From Thermodesulfobacteriota bacterium (GTDB lineage Bacteria; Desulfobacterota; Desulfarculia; JACQYL01): DNA of 64,000 nucleotides. Position 1 is the first letter of the stretch. Each line of letters starts with the position of its first letter. Below are positions 22,649-32,864 of this stretch, piece by piece. The notes beneath the pieces are model-generated. The model was not told where the DNA came from, did no database searches, and was given only the letters and a program-made list of their open reading frames with translations. The stretch spans positions 384,001 through 448,000 of the forward strand of contig CAXXLZ010000001.1 of NCBI GenBank assembly GCA_963675595.2, read 5' to 3'. The translations under genes were made by a program, and so were the position numbers.

Positions 22649-23752
22649 GTGAACCTTCCTCACGAAAAGAGATTTCCGGAAACTGTTCGAATTGTCGTCG
22701 CCGGTCTGAGGCCGGAGGAGGAAGGTTTGTATATCAAAGGGAGGGTTACCCGCCGAGGAGTAGATTACAGTCTCAGGGAGTCCTATAGAGAAGAGAGTGC
22801 CTGGAAACATCGGGTGCTCGTTGAATTGGGGAACGACCCGAACCGTTATGTGGAGTACCCCGGCGGAAACGGGTTTTATATCAGTGAGGAAATCGAGGAA
22901 ATCCTCGACGCGAAAGCGGCGGCCTATTCCTACGACGAGCTCGAAGCGGTCTTTCTCCCCTTTGTGGATCCTCGTGTACGGCGGGTGGCCGAGCAGTTTC
23001 AACGCGAAGATCAAAGCGGAAAGAAGGCGTGGAGCCGCAGTCCGAAAGAAATGTGGGAAAGACAGAAGGGCCTGCCTTCCTTTGATAAACGAAGGCTTCA
23101 TTTCTTGCGTTGCGGAAGGGTGGATATCGGAAACCTTGATGCCCGGGGATGGAAGTTCCTGGACGTGCTTCTAGAGAAGAGCCGTGATGAGATCGAAAGC
23201 CTCTTCGACACCATGGAAAGAGACTTGAAGCCTCACGAAATCAGGTCTTATCTCTACACGGCACTGCACCTTCAGCGACGCTTCGCGGGGTATTACACGC
23301 GGAATCAGCCTTCGGTACTGGATCCGGAGAAGGTGGACGAGAGTTTTGTCGACGAATTGTGCCGTTTGAACCAAGACCGAGGTTTTTTCAGCGGTCTGGA
23401 AAGAAGCTCTTGGAACCTTCTGCATCCGTACCTTCGCAAGTATCTGATCCTCTACTTCGATAACGAGTTCGACCGGGGTGGGGCCTGGAGCGAGTATGTT
23501 CGGGACTTCCAGCGACGTCGTCAATTTTACCGGGGGCCCCGACTGCGAGTGGAACCATCGGTGTCCAAAACAGAGGCCCTGAAGTCTCTCGGCATAGGTG
23601 CCGCCGAATTCGAAGGCATGAGTCGGGCGGAACTGACCCGGTGCTACCGAAAACGCGCCATGGAGACTCATCCCGACCGCGGTGGGGACCAAAAGGAATT
23701 CGTGGGGATTCGCCGTGCGTTCGAGACTCTCCTGGCGGGCAAGTCTTCCTGA
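22649..23752 (+). CDS. Protein with a C-terminal J domain
   Basis: YRKRAMETHPDRGGD...F (HPD) at the C-terminus; N-terminal ~300 aa not recognised. Confidence 0.8.
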   Translation: MNLPHEKRFPETVRIVVAGLRPEEEGLYIKGRVTRRGVDYSLRESYREESAWKHRVLVELGNDPNRYVEYPGGNGFYISEEIEEILDAKAAAYSYDELEAVFLPFVDPRVRRVAEQFQREDQSGKKAWSRSPKEMWERQKGLPSFDKRRLHFLRCGRVDIGNLDARGWKFLDVLLEKSRDEIESLFDTMERDLKPHEIRSYLYTALHLQRRFAGYYTRNQPSVLDPEKVDESFVDELCRLNQDRGFFSGLERSSWNLLHPYLRKYLILYFDNEFDRGGAWSEYVRDFQRRRQFYRGPRLRVEPSVSKTEALKSLGIGAAEFEGMSRAELTRCYRKRAMETHPDRGGDQKEFVGIRRAFETLLAGKSS

Positions 23753-23843
23753 AACCGACTCGGATGGTCGAAATTCGCCAAGGCACGGTTCGAATTCGGA
23801 ACCCCGCCCCTCACTTCATTTCAACGGAATCGCGGAAAACATC

Positions 23844-25706
23844 ATGTCCTCCAGATTGAATTGTGGTTTCGGGCGGGTTTTGTTGGTTTCCACCCCATGG
23901 TCCCTGTTCGGTAGGCCGTCGATTCAACTCGGCGTTCTCAAAGCCTGCCTTGCGGAATCCATTCCGGACGTTCCAGTGGAGACGCGACCTCTGTATTTGC
24001 GGGTGGCGCAAAGGGTGGGATATCCGATCTATCGTGCGATTTCCGGCAAAACCTGGTTGGCCGAGTCGGTCTACGCCGCTCTTCTCTATCCGGACCTAAA
24101 GGATCGTGCGGAGTCGCTGTTTCACAAGGAGAGCCGGGGAGAGAAATCGCTACGCGGTCTTCGTTTTCACGAGTTGTGCGGTGAGATCGAAGAAGTATCC
24201 GCCGAACTGATTCATTCCGAGGATTGGGGGGAGGTCGGTCTGGTGGGGTTTTCGGCCTGCCTGTGTCAGCTCACGTCTTCCCTCTATTTCATACGAAAGA
24301 TCAAGCGGGACGTCCCTCAACTCCCCGTGGTTCTCGGAGGTTCACTGCTTATTCCCAAATCGGTTGACGGCTTCTTTCGGTGTTTTCCCGAGGTGGATTA
24401 CGTAATTCACGGTGAAGGTGAGATTCCTTTGACCCAACTGGTGCGGGCTTTGAAAGCAGGCGCCGGTCGTTCGGAATCCCTGAACATTCCCGGTGTGGTT
24501 TGCGGATCCCGTCCCAATGCTCCGGATCTCGGAGAGTTCGTTCAGGCGGAGGGGCTGGATCAGTTTCCGGCCCCGGATTATGATGATTATTTTGCCGTGT
24601 TGCGTTCTTTCCCCGCGTCCGCACGGTTCTTCCCCACGCTACCCGTGGAAGGCTCCAGGGGATGCTGGTGGCGTCGGAAGAATCAGGCTTTGGGACAGGG
24701 GTGCGCCTTCTGCAACCTGAATCTTCAGTGGAACGGATACCGGTCCAAGGGCGTTCAACGGTTCGTTTCGGAGATCGACCGCTTGACGGACCGCCACCAA
24801 TTACTGTCGGTGTCCGTAGTGGACAATGTGCTTCCTGCGAAGCAGAGTCGTGAAATTTTCTCGTCCCTTTCGGATCTGGACAAGGATCTGGGTATCTTCT
24901 GTGAAACCCGGGCCAACACTCCGCAAGAGCTTTTCCGGAAGATGGCGGAGGCCGGAGTAAAGGAGGTCCAGATCGGCATCGAATCTTTGAGCTCGAGCCT
25001 GCTCGGCAAAATGAACAAAGGGACGACCGCCGTGCGTAACCTCGAAGCCATGAAGTGGTGCGAAGAGTACGGCATCGAAAACAATTCCAACCTCATGGTG
25101 CATTTCCCCGGCAGTGAGGTGGAGGATGTGGAGGACACTTTGCGGGCTCTGGATTTCGCCGTTCCCTTCAAGCCGCTGAGAATCGTTCAATTCACTTTGG
25201 GATTCGGGAGCGCCGTCTGGTGCGATCCCGAGCGATTCGGCATCCGATCCGTGGGCAATCATCCCAATTACCGATGGTTGTTTCCGAAAGAAGTCTTCCG
25301 GTCCGTATGCTTCATCACACAGGGCTACCGGGGAGACTTGGGCTTGCAGAAGCGGATCTGGCGACCCGTGAAGGAAAAAGTGGCGGCCTGGGGGAAAGAT
25401 TACGAAAGGGCGAGGCGGGAGAACGGCGGACGATCCTGTTTGAGCTACAGGGACGGCGGAACCTTTCTGATCATACGCCGGAAGCGCGCCGGTGAAGAAC
25501 CCGTACTTCACCGACTCACGGGAAAATCCAGAGAAGTGTACCTGCTTTGCCGGAACAGCCGTTCATTGAAGCGTATCCTAACGACGACATCCCTGGCGGA
25601 GGATCGATTGCTTCCTTTCCTTCGAATGATGGTGGACAAGCGATTGATGTTCGAGGAGGGCGGGAGATATCTGAGCCTGGCGGTGTCCGGCGGAGCGAAA
25701 CGGTAG
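23844..25706 (+). CDS. B12-binding radical SAM protein, RiPP-maturation C-methyltransferase type (TIGR03975/PoyC-like)
   Basis: LVSTPW...PSIQLGVLKA, VVLGGS, GEGE, PDYDDYF, EGSRGCWW...CAFCNLN, QIGIESLS, MNKG; start taken at ATG 23844. Confidence 0.85.
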   Translation: MSSRLNCGFGRVLLVSTPWSLFGRPSIQLGVLKACLAESIPDVPVETRPLYLRVAQRVGYPIYRAISGKTWLAESVYAALLYPDLKDRAESLFHKESRGEKSLRGLRFHELCGEIEEVSAELIHSEDWGEVGLVGFSACLCQLTSSLYFIRKIKRDVPQLPVVLGGSLLIPKSVDGFFRCFPEVDYVIHGEGEIPLTQLVRALKAGAGRSESLNIPGVVCGSRPNAPDLGEFVQAEGLDQFPAPDYDDYFAVLRSFPASARFFPTLPVEGSRGCWWRRKNQALGQGCAFCNLNLQWNGYRSKGVQRFVSEIDRLTDRHQLLSVSVVDNVLPAKQSREIFSSLSDLDKDLGIFCETRANTPQELFRKMAEAGVKEVQIGIESLSSSLLGKMNKGTTAVRNLEAMKWCEEYGIENNSNLMVHFPGSEVEDVEDTLRALDFAVPFKPLRIVQFTLGFGSAVWCDPERFGIRSVGNHPNYRWLFPKEVFRSVCFITQGYRGDLGLQKRIWRPVKEKVAAWGKDYERARRENGGRSCLSYRDGGTFLIIRRKRAGEEPVLHRLTGKSREVYLLCRNSRSLKRILTTTSLAEDRLLPFLRMMVDKRLMFEEGGRYLSLAVSGGAKR

Positions 25707-25786
25707 CCGGTGCTCCGAACGGAAAAGAAACAGGTTTTGGGATCGGTACGCTTAGAACAAAGCACTTCGAATCCGGATCGTCCCGG

Positions 25787-28528
25787 TCATTGCGATGGGC
25801 GCTTTCCGAATCCTCGCCGGAGGGTGCCGGCGCGAAACAGCGCCGGCAGGAAGAAGACGGCGGCCGCAAGGGTGCTGATGCTGCCGACTGTGGCCAGAAG
25901 CCCGAGACTGAAGATTCCGGAGTGATGGGAGATCATCAGGCTTCCGAAACCCACCGTAGTGGTGAGTCCCGCCAAAACGACGCCTTTCGCCGTGCTGAAA
26001 GGTACTGAGAATCTTTCGGTGTTTGTATCCTGAGCCCTGAGTCTCTGCACCATGATAATGCCGTATTCCACTCCGGCCCCAACGACCAACGGAAGAAATA
26101 TGGTGTTGGCCAGGTTGAGATGCACGTCGAAAACGGACATGAGGCCCAGAGTCCAGATCGTCCCCACGAGAAGAGGGCTGATGGCCAGCCCCACCATGTA
26201 GAGGTTCCTGAAGACCACAAGCAACAACAGGAAAATGAAGGCAACCGCGTATACGCCCCCGCGAATGCAGGCGTCACGAAATTTCCTTGTGAAGCTGTCC
26301 AGGATGATGGGGTCGCCCACCACGTCCGGATCCACTGTTTGGATCTCTTTGACGAACCGGCTCATGAAGTCCGGTTGCCAGATGTTTCCGTCCGGAAAGA
26401 TTCGTATCAGGTATAGGCCTTGGGGGTCTACGAAAGACTCTCTGAGAAAGACGGGGAGGTCCCGGGGCTGCATGGGGGGCGCTTGGACATTCTCGCGCAG
26501 TAGCTCGAACCGGTCTTTCATCTCGTTAACCAAGGCCGTTTGATAGCCGGTCAGAATCTTGATCGCCCGGGAGGGTTCCACATCCGAAAGTTGCTCTCGT
26601 AATCGATCCAGCAGGTCCCTTGCCTCTTCCATGCGACGTCGCAGGGAGTCCGAGACATCGTCAATATCCGTGTCCGCGAGCTTGAAGCGAATCTTGCTCA
26701 AGATCGATTCCAGTTCCGAGAGACGGAGTGGTTGTTCCGGCTCGGAGATTCGGCCCGGGCCGGGAAGGGCGGCCTTGAGTTTCGCCATCAAAGGCACCTT
26801 GGCTTCCCTGTCTTGAGGAAGAAACGTCTCAACGCTCTGGACCTCGGAAACGGTGGGTAGTGACTCGAATCGTCGGGTACGCTCCTTGATCTCTTTTTTT
26901 GAGTGAGCCAAAGAAGAGGCGTACATGGTGGCTCGATTGGAATCGTTCAGCAGGCGATTGGCCCAGACAACGGACTCCGCCTCCCTGGACTGGAGATTCA
27001 AGAGATTGAGATCAAAGGAGACCTTTCGTGCGCCGATTAGGGAGGCTACGACAAGCAGGCCTCCGACGGCCAGGAAGAGCCCGGTTCTTTTGGGCGTCAG
27101 GATGTAGAAAACGGTGCGGGTGCCGGCGGTGCTTTGGATCGACGTCCTGCGGGGTGAACGGTCGAACAGCAGGGTGAGGGTAGGCAATACGCACAGGGTG
27201 GTCATGGTGGTCATGACCATGCCCATCGCGGTGATCACGCCCAACTCGGCCAGTCCTTTGAAACCGGTGAACGCCAGCGGAAGGAAGGACAGCGCGGCGG
27301 TTACTCCGGCGATGAGGATCCCGGGGCCGAGTTGAAGCATGACGGCTTCAACGATCTCTTTGCGTGGTTGACCGGGATTGATTCTCTCTTCTTCCTGGTA
27401 TCTGGCAAACCAGTGTATTCCGTAGTCGATACCCAACCCGAGGAGCAAAGGAGCAAAGGTCACCGAAAGAATGTTCAGGTGTCCGATGAACAAGGTTGTC
27501 AGGCCGAATGTGTAGGAAAGGGCCAGGATCAGTTCCGTGAGCTCGAGCATGGGCCTCCGCACGGAACGCCAGAAGGCGATGAGGAGAATTCCCAAGCCCG
27601 CCAAAGAAACCAGGGTGGCCGTGGTCATATCGTTTACCGCCACGGACATTTCGTCCATGTTGAGGGCTTCCTGACCCGTGACTCCGGCCCGAATGTCCGG
27701 AAAATCCTTCCGGACGAGTCCGATGTCATCCCTCAGTGCGGTGAGTGCGTGCTGGGCCTTGGTGAAACCGGACACCAGGGTGGGCGTCACGAATACGAGG
27801 AAGTAATCCCCTCCCGGTGTTCGGAAGTATCCCTCTAGTCCATCCTCGTTGAGCTCCTCCACCTGGAAGAAAGCGTTCCACGGTCGGACCGGGACGTTTT
27901 CTCCTTCCAGGCGCCGACTCATCTCTCCGAACAGCTCTATGAGGAACGAGATGTCTTCGTCTCGACCGCGGTTTCCTTGATCTTTCTCGGTATCCTCGTC
28001 CAGGAAGCCCGTGAACAGCTCGCCCACCATACCGACGGTGATTTCGCGGTTTACTTCGCGGAGAAGGCCTGGGAGCGAGGGGGAGTCAATGAGCCGAGCC
28101 ATCATGTCGGCTCGTTCTTCGATGCTTTGCACCAGATTTCCGAGTTCCGGCGTTCCCAGGAACCAGAGAGCCCACGAACGAAAATCATCCGGGTCGATTC
28201 GATAATCCACTTGTGCGTAATTCCGCGTATCCGATTCAAGTCGCGATGCGAGGGCACGGATGAATTCAACGGCGCGGTCGGCGTCCCGATTTTCCACCGC
28301 CACCACGAAACTGTCCATATCGTGGAAACGACGAGCCTCTTCGCCCAGGCGGACTATGCGTTCATCCGAGGATACCAGGTCTTTCCTGCTGGTCTGGAAT
28401 TCAAGATGAAGAAAGGTGTATCCCACGCTAACCAGGGCCAGGATAAGGGCCAGGGCAAGAGTGACCAAGGGGTATGCGGTAGTGATTCGAACGGACCGCC
28501 CCAGTGCTCTCTGGATTCCGGTCACCAT
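25787..28528 (-). CDS. MMPL/RND family transporter (HpnN-like)
   Basis: Two TM bundles with GLGIDYGIH and GAGVEYGI, TTTVGFGSL, and large periplasmic loops. Confidence 0.88.
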   Translation of the reverse strand: MVTGIQRALGRSVRITTAYPLVTLALALILALVSVGYTFLHLEFQTSRKDLVSSDERIVRLGEEARRFHDMDSFVVAVENRDADRAVEFIRALASRLESDTRNYAQVDYRIDPDDFRSWALWFLGTPELGNLVQSIEERADMMARLIDSPSLPGLLREVNREITVGMVGELFTGFLDEDTEKDQGNRGRDEDISFLIELFGEMSRRLEGENVPVRPWNAFFQVEELNEDGLEGYFRTPGGDYFLVFVTPTLVSGFTKAQHALTALRDDIGLVRKDFPDIRAGVTGQEALNMDEMSVAVNDMTTATLVSLAGLGILLIAFWRSVRRPMLELTELILALSYTFGLTTLFIGHLNILSVTFAPLLLGLGIDYGIHWFARYQEEERINPGQPRKEIVEAVMLQLGPGILIAGVTAALSFLPLAFTGFKGLAELGVITAMGMVMTTMTTLCVLPTLTLLFDRSPRRTSIQSTAGTRTVFYILTPKRTGLFLAVGGLLVVASLIGARKVSFDLNLLNLQSREAESVVWANRLLNDSNRATMYASSLAHSKKEIKERTRRFESLPTVSEVQSVETFLPQDREAKVPLMAKLKAALPGPGRISEPEQPLRLSELESILSKIRFKLADTDIDDVSDSLRRRMEEARDLLDRLREQLSDVEPSRAIKILTGYQTALVNEMKDRFELLRENVQAPPMQPRDLPVFLRESFVDPQGLYLIRIFPDGNIWQPDFMSRFVKEIQTVDPDVVGDPIILDSFTRKFRDACIRGGVYAVAFIFLLLLVVFRNLYMVGLAISPLLVGTIWTLGLMSVFDVHLNLANTIFLPLVVGAGVEYGIIMVQRLRAQDTNTERFSVPFSTAKGVVLAGLTTTVGFGSLMISHHSGIFSLGLLATVGSISTLAAAVFFLPALFRAGTLRRGFGKRPSQ

Positions 28529-28570
28529 CCGGGTCTCCGTATACGATGAATCAATGAGGATTGTTCAAGA

Positions 28571-29596
28571 TCAGGAGGGGTCACCGGCCGTGCCACCTTC
28601 CTTATCGACGGCGACCGTCGGTTTCGTGCGCTGCAACGAAAGGCTACCGACCGCGTAAAAGGCGAGCCCCATGAAGGCCCGAGCCAGTTGCTCCATCCTC
28701 AGGGCCACTCCGTAGGTGAGCCCGAGGGAATGGGGGAGGCCGAGGAGTCTGAACGACAACATCCGGGCGCCCTCCAATACCCCGATGTTCATGGGGATGG
28801 CGAAAGCCAGCAGATCGAACCAACTGCCCAGGAACCAGACCCAGGCCGCTAAGGCGATCGAGGATTCCCGCATCATGACGAGGAGAAATATCCAGCTCTG
28901 GACAATTCCACAGGCGAAACCCACGACGTGCCAGCCGAGAGACCGGAAGAAATCACCGCTGCGATGCCGGTAAAAGGATGCGAGTTCCTCGTCGACGGCG
29001 GTCAGGTGTCGAGCCAGCGTTTCCATGCGACGTCCGCCTAAACGGAGGACAAGCGGTCTTCGGAATACGGCGCCGAGTTTGCCCTTCTTCTGGAGATACA
29101 GAAAACCGAAGATTCCGCAGACCAATAGAAGGCTACCCGCAATCAGGGCGGGGCCCAACCCGGAGGGAAGGTCCACAAATCCGAGAAGGGTTAGGGACCC
29201 CGCCACCACGAACAATACCTGTGAAAGGGAATAGGTCAGCTTGTCGATAAGTACCGCGCCGGCCGCATGGGCGCCCGATTCATTCACGGACAAGAGACTT
29301 CCCCTGATTACCTCGCCCCCCAAGGAAGCGGTGGGCGTGAGATATCCGATGGCGTATCCGGACATGCGTATGCGAAACAAGGCGGTGAAAGGCAAGCGCC
29401 GGTGGCTTCCGGAAAGGCAGTAACGCCATGCCAAAGTGTGGAACCCGTCCGCGACGACCTCCACGGCGATGAACGGCAGCAGCGTCCATCCAAGGAGAGT
29501 GAAGTCGCCCAGGAGCTTTCCGGGGCCCACGTCCAGAATCAAAACGATCAGCAATGCGATGCCGAGGATCGCACTCCAGAGGTGGAATTGCTTCAT
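28571..29596 (-). CDS. Lysylphosphatidylglycerol synthase TM domain / flippase-like membrane protein (HpnL/AglD2-like)
   Basis: LAWRY, LTPTASLGGEVIR, IDK and PMNIGVLEG motifs; multiple TM segments. Confidence 0.82.
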   Translation of the reverse strand: MKQFHLWSAILGIALLIVLILDVGPGKLLGDFTLLGWTLLPFIAVEVVADGFHTLAWRYCLSGSHRRLPFTALFRIRMSGYAIGYLTPTASLGGEVIRGSLLSVNESGAHAAGAVLIDKLTYSLSQVLFVVAGSLTLLGFVDLPSGLGPALIAGSLLLVCGIFGFLYLQKKGKLGAVFRRPLVLRLGGRRMETLARHLTAVDEELASFYRHRSGDFFRSLGWHVVGFACGIVQSWIFLLVMMRESSIALAAWVWFLGSWFDLLAFAIPMNIGVLEGARMLSFRLLGLPHSLGLTYGVALRMEQLARAFMGLAFYAVGSLSLQRTKPTVAVDKEGGTAGDPS

Positions 29597-29618
29597 GGGC
29601 GGCTCGAAAAGAAGGTTG

Positions 29619-30686
29619 TCAGGGCGCGGCCGTCTTGACGGAGGCGGGTTGGTCTAAAGGCAGCGTTCGAGATCCTTCCTGATGAGATTGGTACGCGAGC
29701 TGCGTGATGCGTGCGCAAAGCAGGGCTTCCTGAAAATTTCCTCCGCGCGCCTCGGGATCCGTCAATTCTCGGTGAAAGGATTCGACGACGGCGTCCATCC
29801 ATTCAGGGTGATGGGAACTTCCGGATAAGGACTCGGAAAAACTCAAACGGCCGGGTGATGCGTCGGGGCACGAGAGGAGAATATGGTCGTCCAACATTTG
29901 GATCGATCCTTCGCTCCCCAGCACTTCTCCCAGGTTGCCTCTTGTTTCGGCGCGCCACGTCATGAAAATATGCGCTTGGGCCTTTTCAAACTCCAGGAAC
30001 AGGTTGACGGTTTCCTCCATTCTGGAACCGTCTTCCGGAAGGTGCTTCATGGAAGCCTGCACTCCCAAAGGCGCCTGGGACAGGAGGGCACAGGTCAGAT
30101 ACAGGTTGTGCCAACCGTGGTCCAGCAGGATGCCCCCCCCGGCGATGGTCGCCCGCCTTCGCCAATCCGTCGCGCCTCCGCCGGACGTGGGTGTACGCAA
30201 CACGTTGATTTTGACGGACTCCACGCGTCCGATCCGGCCCTCTGTAACGGCACGAATGGTTTCCTGCCATAGCGGCGCGTACTTCCAGTTGTTCACGGTG
30301 AAAACGATGGAGGGAGCGTCCACTAAAGCATGAACGACTCTTTCCATGTCCTCGATGGAGGTTACGAGGGGTTTTTCGCAGAAGACATGGCATCCCGCCT
30401 TGCATGCCTTCAGGATCAGCTCTCCGTGAAAACACGGCGGGGTGCAGATATCCACGAAATCTACGGTATCCCGGTCAAAGAGTTCTTCCGGAGACGAGAA
30501 TACCCGAACGTCCGGCAACAAATGCTTTGCGGCTCGGGCCCTTTCAGGGTCCGGCTCCACCACCGCCCGGATGCGGAATCTCGGGTCCTTTTGAAACGCA
30601 GGTACATGGGCGCGGGCCGCAACGTTTCCGAACCCGATGATCGCTCCGCTGAAAGGTCTCTCCTTTTCCGAGACGTTGGGCGACAC
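29619..30686 (-). CDS. Gfo/Idh/MocA NAD(P)-dependent oxidoreductase (inositol dehydrogenase family)
   Basis: IIGFGNVA, ICTPP..H, HVFCEKP and GGGILLDHGWH; GTG start at 30686 after AAGGAG. Confidence 0.9.
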   Translation of the reverse strand: MSPNVSEKERPFSGAIIGFGNVAARAHVPAFQKDPRFRIRAVVEPDPERARAAKHLLPDVRVFSSPEELFDRDTVDFVDICTPPCFHGELILKACKAGCHVFCEKPLVTSIEDMERVVHALVDAPSIVFTVNNWKYAPLWQETIRAVTEGRIGRVESVKINVLRTPTSGGGATDWRRRATIAGGGILLDHGWHNLYLTCALLSQAPLGVQASMKHLPEDGSRMEETVNLFLEFEKAQAHIFMTWRAETRGNLGEVLGSEGSIQMLDDHILLSCPDASPGRLSFSESLSGSSHHPEWMDAVVESFHRELTDPEARGGNFQEALLCARITQLAYQSHQEGSRTLPLDQPASVKTAAP

Positions 30687-30699
30687 GTCAGGCTCTCCT

Positions 30700-32043
30700 T
30701 TAAGAAGCGTAGGGCAAATTCTTTTCGACGAAATCAAAGACTTCTTCCAGGATTCCCAGAGCGGTTTCCGCCTCAGCCGTCGAAAGAATCAGCGGAGGAT
30801 TGATCCGGAAATTGGCCTTGTAGTTCATGCAGAGCAAACCTCTGTGCAAAGTCTCAAGGAAAATTCGCCGGGTATGGTCTTTGCTCATGGGCTCTTTGGT
30901 CTTTCGATCCTTGACCAGTTCGACGCCGATCAAGAGCCCCCGTCCGTCCACCTTGCCGATGAATTCGAATTTGTCTTGGAGCTTCTTCAAACCTTGGAGC
31001 AGAAATTCGCCCACTCGTCGGGAATTCTCCACCAAATCGTCATCCAGGATGGTGCGGATGGTGGCCAATGCCGCGGCGCTCGCCAGGGGATTCCCCCCGT
31101 AGCTGCTGGAAGATGAACTCGGTTTCGAAAACGGCTTACTGGAAGAGATTTCCGTGGTGGAAACCAAGCCGCTGATGGGAAAACCGTTTCCCATGCCTTT
31201 GCCGATGGTCATGATGTCCGGGACGATTCCGGTATGGTTGCTCCCGAACAGAGCACCGGTACGGCCGAAGCCGGTGATCATCTCGTCCGCGATAAGAAGC
31301 GCGTTGTTTTCCTTGGCGATTTCCGTGAGCCCGATGAGAAACTCTTTTGGAGGAATCACGTTGCCCGCCGTGCCCTGGATCGGCTCGACCAGAATGGCGG
31401 CCAAGCTGCCCGCGGTGTTGCGCTGTATGAATTCCCTGCAGAAATCCAGGCAGAAGATTCCGCAGGACGGATATTCCATTCTGAAGGGGCAACGGTAGCA
31501 GTCTGCATAAGGAGCCAGATGATAGCCGGGATGCAGCACACCCCAGTTCTGCTTGAAGGGGTCGCCCAGCAGGCCCAATACGCCGCCGCTCTTGCCGTGG
31601 AAACCTCCCCAAAACGAGAGGACCTCGAATTTGTTGGTGTGAGCTTTGGCAAGACGCAGAGCGGCTTCCACCGCCTCCGCACCTCCGCTGTACAGCATGG
31701 TTCGATTCAGATCGCCGGGAGTGATTGAAGCTATGGTCCGCAGCAGTTCAAACCTGCTTTCCGAGGTGAAGCTTCCCACGGTGATTGTGTCCAATTGCTC
31801 TTTGATCGCTGCGATGTATCGGGGATGAGAATGTCCAAGGCTGCAGACAGCGATACCGGCCATGAAATCCAGGTATTCCCTTCCATCCAAATCTTCCAGC
31901 CGACAACCGTTTCCCCTCTTGAGCGTCAAACGGGCAAGCTGCGCCACTTCCTGCAGTCCCGGGGCAATGTATTTTTGTTCCTCGTCACAAAGTTTGCCGG
32001 AGAGCGTGTCGAAAGAACGTGAAGCATTGGCGTACTCTGTCAT
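30700..32043 (-). CDS. Class III PLP-dependent aminotransferase
   Basis: YLDFMAGIAVCSLGH, SGGAEAVE, FHG, EPIQG, DEMITGFGRTG, GKGMGNG. Confidence 0.93.
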   Translation of the reverse strand: MTEYANASRSFDTLSGKLCDEEQKYIAPGLQEVAQLARLTLKRGNGCRLEDLDGREYLDFMAGIAVCSLGHSHPRYIAAIKEQLDTITVGSFTSESRFELLRTIASITPGDLNRTMLYSGGAEAVEAALRLAKAHTNKFEVLSFWGGFHGKSGGVLGLLGDPFKQNWGVLHPGYHLAPYADCYRCPFRMEYPSCGIFCLDFCREFIQRNTAGSLAAILVEPIQGTAGNVIPPKEFLIGLTEIAKENNALLIADEMITGFGRTGALFGSNHTGIVPDIMTIGKGMGNGFPISGLVSTTEISSSKPFSKPSSSSSSYGGNPLASAAALATIRTILDDDLVENSRRVGEFLLQGLKKLQDKFEFIGKVDGRGLLIGVELVKDRKTKEPMSKDHTRRIFLETLHRGLLCMNYKANFRINPPLILSTAEAETALGILEEVFDFVEKNLPYAS

Positions 32044-32864
32044 GAATTAGGTCCATTTAATTGTTTTGCGACATAAGAGGCGATTCCCCCTGCGGCGGAG
32101 TTGCAGCATCGGGAAAAGCTGGGCCAGTCGTTGAGATCGACGAGCAATACCCCGCCCGAAGGGGTCAGGATAAGGTCCCCGCCGTATATTTCCAGTCCGG
32201 CGGCATCGGCCGCGCGACGAACGCAGTCCACGAGGGCGGAAGAAGGGGAGTCGATCAGGGTGCCGTCCGGGATACGGTAGGCACGGAAGTAGGCGCCCTT
32301 ACCTACGCCGTAAAATTTCACTTCTTCTCCCCGCACGTGCTCTTGAAGCAGAATTTCACGGATGTCCGACTCTCGATAATGGCGCAACGCGATTTCCAGG
32401 TCTTCGTCCGATTCGACCAGAACCACGTCTCCTTTCCTGACGGCATGCACGTCCCCTCGTTTCAGCCAGAAGGGAAACGGAAAAATGGAGGAAGGCTCCT
32501 TCCTTTCCAACTCTTCCGTGGAAACGATTCGGCTGGAGGGCATGGGAACGCGGGCATCCTCGAGGGCTCGAATAAGAGATGCGCGAAAGCAGGTGCGAAC
32601 CGATCGCACGGAATTGACGATGCGGACTCCGTTCGTGCCCACTCGCTCCAACTCGGCAAGGGCCTCACGAGATTGAGCCATACTGAGCACGAGAGCCCGA
32701 TCGCCTTTGAGCATCGCGATCTCGTCGAGTCGCAGCGTACGAGTGCGAAAACCGAGGCGTGACAGCTCTGCAAGACTTTTCTGCAGAATCGCGGCGTCCT
32801 CCGAAACCTTGCCCGGAGAGAAGACCGATTCTCTGAGCACGCCGTAAATCATTGTCGGATTCAA
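32040..32864 (-). CDS. ATP-grasp fold protein (RimK/GSH-synthase-like ligase)
   Basis: FPFWLKRGD, LLQEHVRG, KFYGV, YGGD and DLNDWPSF motifs. Confidence 0.75.
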   Translation of the reverse strand: MNPTMIYGVLRESVFSPGKVSEDAAILQKSLAELSRLGFRTRTLRLDEIAMLKGDRALVLSMAQSREALAELERVGTNGVRIVNSVRSVRTCFRASLIRALEDARVPMPSSRIVSTEELERKEPSSIFPFPFWLKRGDVHAVRKGDVVLVESDEDLEIALRHYRESDIREILLQEHVRGEEVKFYGVGKGAYFRAYRIPDGTLIDSPSSALVDCVRRAADAAGLEIYGGDLILTPSGGVLLVDLNDWPSFSRCCNSAAGGIASYVAKQLNGPNS

